Made by a program: the position numbers and the translations under genes. Shown one piece after another: positions 56,682 to 64,000 of a stretch of DNA of 64,000 nt. Positions within the stretch are counted from its first letter, which is position 1. Each line of letters opens with the position of its first letter. Source of the DNA: an uncultured Gaiellaceae bacterium (lineage in GTDB: Bacteria; Actinomycetota; Thermoleophilia; Gaiellales; Gaiellaceae); the NCBI GenBank assembly GCA_963831285.1, contig CAWHPO010000003.1:91401-155400 (forward strand). Reading direction: 5' to 3'. The notes under the pieces were generated by a model. That model was not told the DNA's origin. It was given only the letters and a program-made list of their open reading frames with translations, and did no database searches.

Positions 56682-57513
56682 CGCCGCGTCGTCGATGTGC
56701 TCGGCCGGGGTGAGGACGGCGACGTCCGCTGCGAGCGAGCCGAGCCCCCGCTCCAGGAGATCCCAGGAGCGTGCGATCGACCCCCCCACGACCAGACACG
56801 AGGGTGCGAACGCGGCCACCCACGGCCGCAGGAAGGCGCCGAGGTCGGTGGAGAGGGCGTCGAACGCGTCGCGTGCCCCTTGCTCTCCCGTCCGTGCCCG
56901 GTGCGCGATCTCCACGACCTCGACGCTCTCCGCCCCGTAGCGCGCGAGGAGCGCACGTCGCGAGATTCGCTCTTCGACCGGAGCGTTGCGGAAGAGCACG
57001 CGGTACAGCTCTCCCCCTGGAGGCACGCGCCCTCCGCTGCGCACGATCGAGCCGTGCTCGAGAAACGCCGAGCCGAGCCCGGTCCCGATCGTGACCCCCA
57101 GCGCGCGGTCGTGGCCCCGGGCGGCGCCGGCCCACCACTCGCCGAGGAGGAACGCCTCGGCGTCGTTCAGGAAGCGGACGGCGTGGGGCGGCAGCGAGAG
57201 CGCGGATGCCAGCTCGGCGCGCAGGTCCACGCCGGTAGAGCGCCTCCAGCTTGTGCTCGAGCAGGCAGATGCCGCGGTCGTAGTCGAACGGTCCGGGCAC
57301 GGCGACCCCGGCGGCCTCGACCCGACCGGACCGCGCCGCGGCCACCCCAGCGGCGCGGATGCGGCAAACGAGGTCGTCCCGACCGGCGCCGGCGGTCAGC
57401 TCCTCGCGTACGCGGCTTCCCGAGACGACCGTCGCCGAGCCCAGGGCGACCGTTGCCGCGGACACGTGCGTGCCTCCGAGGTCGAGCGCGACGACCGAGC
57501 CCGCGGCAGTCAC
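56637..57513 (-). CDS. ROK family sugar kinase with an apparent frameshift near 57228-57236
   Basis: The GTG overlaps the upstream TGA. VVALDLGGTHVSAA...GVAVPGPFDY...HKLEALY is followed in the next frame by VDLRAELAS...LNDAEAFLLGEWW...GTGLGSAF. Confidence 0.75.
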
Positions 57514-59200
57514 TTCACGAAGGCCTTGACCACCTTGCATGCCGGGCCGCGCCGCCGTTCCAGCCGATAGCTCCCCGACGCTCGCGGGGATCACGAGCGT
57601 CTCGGCGTAGGACAGCGGATGGACGTCGCCCCGCTCGGTCTCGACCGCCACCTGCTCCCCAGCGACGAGGTTGAGCACGTGGAACCGCCCCTGCGTCTCG
57701 ACGGTGACCTCGCTGTCGAAGTCGAGGCGGTCGACCTCGAAGAAGAGCTCGTCGAGCTCGACCGAGCCCGAGCTCGGCGAATCCCGGGCCGGATGTCTTC
57801 ACGACCGGGTCCTGGACGAGGTCTCGCTGCACGGACTCGCCCCGGCGGGTCGGATCGAGGTTCGCGAAGGCGTGCGCGAGGTGGACGGGTCGCAGCTCTC
57901 CGTCGAGGTTCCGCCGGAGCCAGTCGTAGAAGCGCAGCGTGTACAGGTACGGAGTGGCGCTGATCTCCAGCACGAGATTGCCGGCGCCGCTCGCGTGGGG
58001 TGTTCCAGCCGGGATCAGGTAGAGGCGGTGCTGCTCGGCGGGATGGGCCTGCAGGAAGCGCTCCGGGTCGAACGGGATCCCGGGTCGCTCGGCCGCTTCG
58101 GCCGCTTCGCGGAAGGCGTCGAGGTCGGCGTCCTCGCGAAGACCGAGGAACACCTTCGCCCCCGGTGTCGTGTCCACGACGTAGTAGGTCTCGTGCTGGG
58201 TGTACGGGATACCGAAGACGTCACGCGCGTACTCCTCCGACGGATGGCACTGGATCGACAGGTGACCGCCCTCGAGCGTGTCCAGGTAGTCGAGGCGGAT
58301 CGGGAACGAGGCGCCGAAGCGCGCTGCGACGTCAGGCCCGAGGATCTGCTCGCTCGCCGCGGCCATCAGGAGCTCGAAGCCCACCGCGACGACCTCGTCA
58401 CCCCCGAGCAGGACAACGCTCTCGGGCGTGATCAGCTCGTACGACCAGGCGAGGTTCGGCGCGTCCGTCGCGATCCCGAGCGTGCGCCGCAGCCACTGAC
58501 CGCCCCACGGCCCCGGTAGGAACGTCGGCCGCACGCGGAACGGCCGTTCGGCGAGAGCCTGCAGCGACGCGCGCAGCGCCTCGCCCTCGAGCGAGTGCGG
58601 AGCCTCGGGTCGGACGAGATCGACGTAGCGGTCGATGCGCGGGAGGAGCGCCTGCTCGTGGCGGTCGAGCAGCGGCCAGTCGACGAAGAGGAGCCGCTGC
58701 TCCGAGCCCGCGCTCTCCGACCGGCTGACCGACGTTCCCCGCGATTCCCGCGCGGACGCGCTCGAGGCTCAGCGACTTCGGAATGGCGGCGTACCAGAGG
58801 CGATCGTGCGGTTGGAGGGCGCTGCCGGGGCCGAAGAGGACCGTCGTCCCGTCGTGCGCGGGGAGCTCGTGCTGCGGCCCGTCGACCAGCTCGGCCAGAT
58901 CGCCGTCGAAGATCCGCCCGAAGACGGGATCTCCCGGCAGCACCGCGGTGGCCGTGCGCCGCTCGACCTCGGCCCACGGAGCGAAGAAGTCACGCGCGTC
59001 CTCGAGCAGTACGGCGACGTCGAATGCGGCGAGCGCTGCGCCGAGGGACGTGACGAACGCGTCCCAGGGGAGAGCCGCAGGCCCGTCGATCGCCAGCACG
59101 CCGAGGTCGCTCGCGGGCGATCTCGGCAGCCAGCGGCTCGAGCCCGCTCTCGACTGCGCCTCCCGACGACCGGGTACCGCGGGTTCGCGTCGTAGCTCAT
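57510..59200 (-). pseudogene. Long class I mannose-6-phosphate isomerase-like (cupin) gene interrupted by at least four frameshifts
   Basis: The frame segments read MSYDANPRYPVVG / GAVESGLEPLAAEIARE / DLGVLAIDGPAALPWDAF...GNVGQPVGE / SAGSEQRLLFVDWPLL...RPTFLPGPWGGQWLRR...LSIQCHPSEEYA...GTPHASG...GFAELGLG / ELDELFFEVDRLDFDSEVTVETQGRFHVLNLVAGEQ...IPASVG / SYRLERRRGPACKVVKAFVK*. Confidence 0.6.
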
Positions 59201-60498
59201 CCCGGCGGGCGCAGCAGGAGGTCGATCGTCAGCGCCGCGCTCCAGGAGAAGTCCCGGGCGCCGAGCGGCTCGCCGGTGGTGGGCGCGTAGTACTCGACGA
59301 ACCCGGATCGCGTCACGAGCTCGAGGGTCAGCTCCGCCAGCCGCCGCGCCTCCTCGCCGAGCCCGGCCTGCTCCAGACCCCGAGCGAGAAACCAGTTGAC
59401 GTTGACCCAGACCGGCCCTCGCCAGTAGCGGTACGCGTCGAAGGCGAGGCTCGCCTTCGACGCCGAGGTCACGGGCCAGGGCGCCTCCGGCGACGGCCCG
59501 AAGCGCTCCGGAGCCCAGAGCGCCTCGTCGAAGAGGCGCCGAGCCTGCGCCGAGCTCGGAACGCCCCCGTAGAGGGGAAAGAGCCCGTCGATGGTCTCGC
59601 CGGCCAACTCGTCGCCTCCGTCCTCGACGTACAGCGCTCGCCGCTCGTCCCAGCGCTCCGAGAGCGCCGTTCGGAGCCGCTGCGCGGCGTCGCGTGCGCG
59701 ACGCCCATCGGCGCCGAGCTCGCGCCGGAGCTCGGCCAGATCGTCCTCGGCCGTCGCGAGGATCGAGTTGAACGTCAGGTCGACGAAGACGAACGGCTCG
59801 TCCGCGAGCGAGGCGGGACGGTACTCGTGCTCGCGGAGGTGCTCGACGAGAAAGCGGTACCGCAGGTAGTCGTCGTCCGTCGGTCTCTGCTCGGCCGCCA
59901 CGACGCGCCGGTCCGTGCGCTCGACGGCCGCCGACTCGTCGACCGCGAGCCTCGCGAGGGCCGCGTCGAAGCGAGGCGAGTTGTCGGCCGCCTCCCAGGG
60001 GTGGAGGACGACCACCAGACCGTCCTCGTTCGCGCGGGTCGCGTGCAGCCACCGGTGCCAGCGCTCGAGCGCCGGCACGACCTCTTCGAGGAATCCGATG
60101 TCGGGATCGGCCTCGTGCAGCACCCGCACCGCCGTCGCGAGCACCGGCGGCTGCGTGATCCCGCTCGTCGCGACCGCGGGGGCGCCGTCGCAGGCGGCGG
60201 ACCCCCAGAGCTCGGGGCCGGGGGAGTAGTCGGGATTCGGCACGTGGAAGACGATGTGCGGGACCATTCCGTCCTCCCACTGGCCGAGCAGGAGCGACCG
60301 CACCTCGGCTCGCCCGCGAGCCGGGTCGACGCATGCGAGGCCGATCGCGATCAGCGCCGAGTCCCAGTTCCACTGGTGCGGGTAGAGGTCGCGACCGGGC
60401 CGGACGAAGGAGCCCATGTCGTTGCCGGCCAGGACGGCACGGGCCTTCTCGACCAGCGCTCCTCGATCCCGCGTCCCTCCTGAGCCTCTCCCGCCCAC
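59197..60498 (-). CDS. GH63-family glycoside hydrolase, mannosylglycerate/glucosylglycerate hydrolase-like
   Basis: An intact 433 aa ORF. Motifs LYPHQWNWDSALIA, LHPWEAADNSPRFD and YWRGPVWVNVNWF are typical of the (alpha/alpha)6 barrel of GH63 MgH/GgH enzymes. Confidence 0.7.
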   Translation of the reverse strand: MGGRGSGGTRDRGALVEKARAVLAGNDMGSFVRPGRDLYPHQWNWDSALIAIGLACVDPARGRAEVRSLLLGQWEDGMVPHIVFHVPNPDYSPGPELWGSAACDGAPAVATSGITQPPVLATAVRVLHEADPDIGFLEEVVPALERWHRWLHATRANEDGLVVVLHPWEAADNSPRFDAALARLAVDESAAVERTDRRVVAAEQRPTDDDYLRYRFLVEHLREHEYRPASLADEPFVFVDLTFNSILATAEDDLAELRRELGADGRRARDAAQRLRTALSERWDERRALYVEDGGDELAGETIDGLFPLYGGVPSSAQARRLFDEALWAPERFGPSPEAPWPVTSASKASLAFDAYRYWRGPVWVNVNWFLARGLEQAGLGEEARRLAELTLELVTRSGFVEYYAPTTGEPLGARDFSWSAALTIDLLLRPPG

Positions 60499-60502
60499 TC
60501 GG

Positions 60503-61972
60503 TCAGACCGCGGCCGCGGCGATGGCTACCGGCTCGGGCTCTGCCACGACCGGACGGCCGGTGATCGCGCCGATCATGTCGGCCGTTCGCTGCGCGGCTG
60601 CCGTGGGGCCGAGCCGACCGGTGAGGACTGCTTCCAGCATCGCCTGCAGCTGGGCCGACACGCGGGGATACGACGGCAGCCACGGCCTGCTCGCGGCGGT
60701 CTCGAGGAGCTCCGCCGTGCGAGAGAGGAAGGGTGCGTCGGGCGCGACGAGCTCGATCGCCGAGCGACGGGAGGGCGTGCGGCCGCTCGAGCGCGCGAAG
60801 CGGGCGAGGGCCTCCGGCTCGACGACCCGCTCGAGCAAGCGCATGGCGAGTCCTGGCTGGTCGGCCTGACGGAAGACGGCGAACATCATCCCGCCCGCTA
60901 CGCTCGCCGGAGCGCCTCGGGGCCCGGCGGGCACGTGCGCGAAGCCGAAGTGGTCCCACACCTCGGGGTGAGGAACGCCGAGCGCGTCGGCGAGCGCCTC
61001 GCCTTCGTAGCTTCCGCCGAAGCTCAGCGCCGCGTGCCCCTCGGCGAGCAGGCGGATCGTCTGGTTCCACTCGTACCCGACGACGTGGAGCGGGACGAGC
61101 CCTTCCTCGACGAGGTTCCGGAGGAAACGGAGCGCCTGGGCCGTCGCAGGCGAACCGAGCATGACGCCCTCGGGCCCGAGAACCTGCACGCCGTTCGACG
61201 CCAGGAATGCGATCAGGAAGTAGGCGGTCGCCTCGTGCGCGCGCGAGCCGCCGGGCATGACGATCGGGCTCGGCACGCCCGCGTCCGCGAGCGCCCTCCC
61301 GACCGTTCGGAGATCGGCCCAGGTCCGGGGAGGCTCGAGACCGAGCGCTCCGAGCGCATCGCGCGCGTACCAGAGCCCGGCGACGTCGGCGAACGGCGAG
61401 ACGCCGAAGGTCTTGCCGTCGTACCGGTTCACGCGCACCAGGGGAGCGAGGAAGTCCACCTCGTGCTCGTCGTGGACCCATTGCTCGTTCAGCTCCTCGA
61501 GCGCATAGATGAAGCCGGCAGCGGCGAACTCGGGCGCCCACACGTTGTCGAGAAGTGCGACATCGGGCGCTTGTCCTTCTGCGACCGCGTGCCTGAGCGT
61601 GTGGTGCAGCGAGTGCCCCGGCACCTCGACGACGCTGATCCGGTTGCCTCCGCCCGCGGCCTCCCGAACCATGCGCGCCCACGGTCCTTCCGCCGGGACG
61701 ATCACGCGGATCTCCGGCTGATCGGGTCGGCGGCTCAGCCAGTGCGGGTTGACGAACGAGCCGCGCCGCCGGTGGCGGAGGATCACGCCTTCGTCGGCGA
61801 GCTCCGTCAGCGCACGGGTCACGGGCGTGCGGCTGATCTCGAAGCGGTGGCACAGCTCGTGCTCGGTCGGAAGCCGCTGCTCCAGGCCGTAGCGGCCGCC
61901 GAGGATCTCTTCGAGGAGAAGCGTCTTCAGCTGGAAGTAGAGCGGGATCGGTAGCTGGGGATCGATCTCCAT
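60503..61972 (-). CDS. GntR-family HTH fused to a family-1 extracellular solute-binding (PBP) domain
   Basis: MEIDPQLPIPLYFQLKTLLLEEILGGRYGLEQRLPTEHELCHRFEISRTPVTRALTELADEGVILR (winged-helix GntR) is followed by about 400 aa of sugar-SBP-like sequence with no signal peptide. The RBS GAGGAAG precedes the ATG at 61972. Confidence 0.7.
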   Translation of the reverse strand: MEIDPQLPIPLYFQLKTLLLEEILGGRYGLEQRLPTEHELCHRFEISRTPVTRALTELADEGVILRHRRRGSFVNPHWLSRRPDQPEIRVIVPAEGPWARMVREAAGGGNRISVVEVPGHSLHHTLRHAVAEGQAPDVALLDNVWAPEFAAAGFIYALEELNEQWVHDEHEVDFLAPLVRVNRYDGKTFGVSPFADVAGLWYARDALGALGLEPPRTWADLRTVGRALADAGVPSPIVMPGGSRAHEATAYFLIAFLASNGVQVLGPEGVMLGSPATAQALRFLRNLVEEGLVPLHVVGYEWNQTIRLLAEGHAALSFGGSYEGEALADALGVPHPEVWDHFGFAHVPAGPRGAPASVAGGMMFAVFRQADQPGLAMRLLERVVEPEALARFARSSGRTPSRRSAIELVAPDAPFLSRTAELLETAASRPWLPSYPRVSAQLQAMLEAVLTGRLGPTAAAQRTADMIGAITGRPVVAEPEPVAIAAAAV

Positions 61973-62096
61973 CGCTTCCTCGATCGGTTCGGCACAGGCC
62001 ACTGTAGTAGCGGGGATTATTGCCATGCGAACGTAGCAATTGCTCCCGAGGGTCGCTATGATCGACCGCTCGCAGATCCGGCCAGACAGGGGAACG

Positions 62097-63469
62097 ATGA
62101 GCGACGTCTCGCTCGGGCGGGCACCGACGACGAGCCCGGAATCCGACGCGGAGTTGATCGGACGGGCCAAGGCGGTTCTCGACGCCAACTGGCTCGGCCA
62201 CGCGACGTCCCCGTCGCCGCGGCTGTACCCGCACCAGTGGAGCTGGGACGCCGCCTGCATCGCGATGGGGTACGCCTCCTGGAACCAGGCGAGAGCGGAG
62301 CAGGAGCTGCGGTCGTTGTTCTCCGGGCAGTGGCGGAACGGGTTGCTGCCGCACATCGTCTTCACCGACGGCGCGCGCTACTTTCCGGGCCCCGACTTCT
62401 GGGGCGTCGATCGCTCGCCGGACGCCCCCGGGCAGCCGCGGACCTCCGGGATCGTCCAGCCTCCGATCCACGCCACGGCCGTCTGGCGCGTGTACAGCCG
62501 CGGCGCCGACCGGCAGCGAGCGGCCGTCCTTCCTGGAGGAGCTCTTTCCACGTCTTCGGGCCTGGCACGAGTACCTCTACGCCGAGCGCTGCCGAAACGG
62601 AGACGGTCTCGCCGAGATCTGGCACCCGTGGGAGTCGGGAATGGACAACTCCCCGCTCTGGGACGAGGCGCTCGCCCGGATGTCGCTGGATCCCACCCGC
62701 ATGCCCGAGTACGAGCGCGTCGACGTGCGGGTCGCGGACGCGTCGGAGCGTCCATCCGATGCGGAGTACGACCGCTACGTCTATCTCGTCGGGCTGTTCC
62801 GCCGGCTCGCGTACGAGCCTTCCAGGATCAGAGCCGAGGCGCCGTTCGCGCTGCAGCCCGTTCTCTTCAACTCCCTGCTCGTCCGGTCGAACCGCGATCT
62901 GGCGGAGATCGCACGCGTCGTGGGCGCCGACCCCGCTCCCTTCGAAGCCTGGGCGGAGGCCACGGCCGCCGGCCTGGACGGCCTGTGGGACGAGGAGCAG
63001 GCCCTCTACGTGGACTACGACGTCATCGCCGACGAGCGGGTGGGTGTCGGCACCGCCGCGGGTCTCGCCCCACTATACGCAGGTGTGCCGGCCGCGGAGC
63101 CGGGCGGCGCGGATGGTCGAGCGCCTGGCGGGCTCGCGCGTGCCGGTCGGCGCCTCGGGTTGGGCCGTCACGAGCCTCTCGCCCGACGACCCGGGCTTCC
63201 AGCCGACGCGCTACTGGCGCGGGCCGGTGTGGCCGATCCTGAACTGGGTGCTCGAGCGCGGTCTCGAGCGCTACGGGTACTCGGAGGAGGCCGAGCAGGT
63301 CCGGCAGGCAGTCGTCGAGTTGGGGCGGAGCCAGGGGTTCTGGGAGCACTACGACCCGCTCACGGGGCGCGGTCACGGCGCCGAGCAGTTCGCCTGGACC
63401 GCAGGTCTCGTCCTCGACCTCCTCACCGACGGCGAACCCACCGCGAGGTCGCGGGAGCGGGGACATTGA
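62097..63469 (+). pseudogene. Second GH63-family hydrolase paralogue with two apparent frameshifts (about 62525 and 63100)
   Basis: Segments are MSDVSLG...LYPHQWSWDAACIA...VWRVYSRGADRQRAAV / FLEELFPRLRAWHEYLY...IWHPWESGMDNSPLWD...GLAPLYAGVPAAE / RAARMVERLAG...YWRGPVWPILNWVLERGL... Confidence 0.65.
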
Positions 63470-63649
63470 CTTCGACCGGATTTCTTGTTACACCCGCATG
63501 ACAAATCGTGTGGAGCATCGGATACAGCGCACGGATCGCAGGCACGTTGCGCGCATGCATCCACCGAGCGCGGGGCTCGCAGGACAGTCGTCGGCGTGCG
63601 GTTGCCGCAGGGGCAGCGCATGCCGCCTATCGGCACAGGAGGGACCCCT

Positions 63650-64000
63650 ATGAGCAGTGATCACGACAGCTCGACTGTCGGCTGGGACGACTCGCTGGAC
63701 AGGCGAGACCTACTGGTGCGGGCCGGCGGCGCCGGTGCGCTCCTCGCCCTCGGGGGCATGGCGGGCGCAAGCCGGGCGCTCGCGGGACCGACGCAGAACG
63801 CCGGCAAGGTCACGGCCTTCTTCGGACAGTTCGGCGCGATCGCCGAGCAGGAGGGAATTCGCAAATACGTCTTCAAGGGCTTCAACGGGGACGTCGACCC
63901 CGTCTTCGTACCGATCACCGCGCCGACCCAGTTCGTCGACCGCGTGCGCGCGGAGGCGAAGGCCGGCAAGGGCAACCTCGATCTTCTGATCGGGCTGCAC
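63650..64000 (+). CDS. Sugar ABC transporter substrate-binding protein with a Tat-type signal; 3' end runs off the window
   Basis: Absent from the ORF track because it is open-ended. The RBS AGGAGGGA precedes MSSDHDSSTVGWDDSLDRRDLLVRAGGAGALLALGGMAGASRALAGPTQNAGKVTAFFGQFGAIAEQEGIRKYVFKGF... Confidence 0.6.
   Translation, partial: MSSDHDSSTVGWDDSLDRRDLLVRAGGAGALLALGGMAGASRALAGPTQNAGKVTAFFGQFGAIAEQEGIRKYVFKGFNGDVDPVFVPITAPTQFVDRVRAEAKAGKGNLDLLIGLH

Overview
The window is about 70% GC, and gene content suggests an Actinomycetota chromosome, possibly Thermoleophilia- or Rubrobacteria-like (inference). It is mostly housekeeping. On the minus strand a TPP riboswitch precedes a thiamine diphosphokinase gene and a thiBPQ-type importer. 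On the plus strand sit rplM-rpsI-glmM-glmS and the maturation genes fdhD and mobA. A minus-strand NAD-linked formate dehydrogenase operon has an alpha subunit with an in-frame TGA at the catalytic Sec/Cys position. Other recognisable genes are arfB, acpS, nnr, alr, cca, fabI, corA, ybdK, ridA, trxA, ileS and ispH, plus tRNA-Pro(TGG), tRNA-Gly(TCC) and tRNA-Arg(TCT), all without encoded CCA. A second candidate selenoprotein is a peroxiredoxin. Accessory content: (1) a translationally coupled four-gene surface operon with two TasA/SipW-type small proteins and two Ig-repeat adhesin-like proteins; (2) a separate SipW-type signal peptidase locus; (3) a candidate mannosyl/glucosyl-glycerate-type catabolic locus with two GH63 hydrolases, a ROK kinase, a PMI-like isomerase, an ABC substrate-binding protein and a GntR-HTH fused to a solute-binding domain. 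The least-explained signals are non-coding. Three co-oriented copies of a 76-79 bp AT-rich double-palindrome element fill gaps between co-directional genes. Two tandem arrays of 92-93 bp hairpin-bearing units lie upstream of glmS and directly after tRNA-Pro. A 28 bp REP-like palindrome family is also present. Caveat: at least 20 single-nucleotide frameshifts interrupt otherwise conserved genes, including glmS and glmM, so the sequence probably carries indel errors. All frameshift coordinates are approximate (about +/-10 nt). No CRISPR array, transposase, integrase or recognisable defence system was found.
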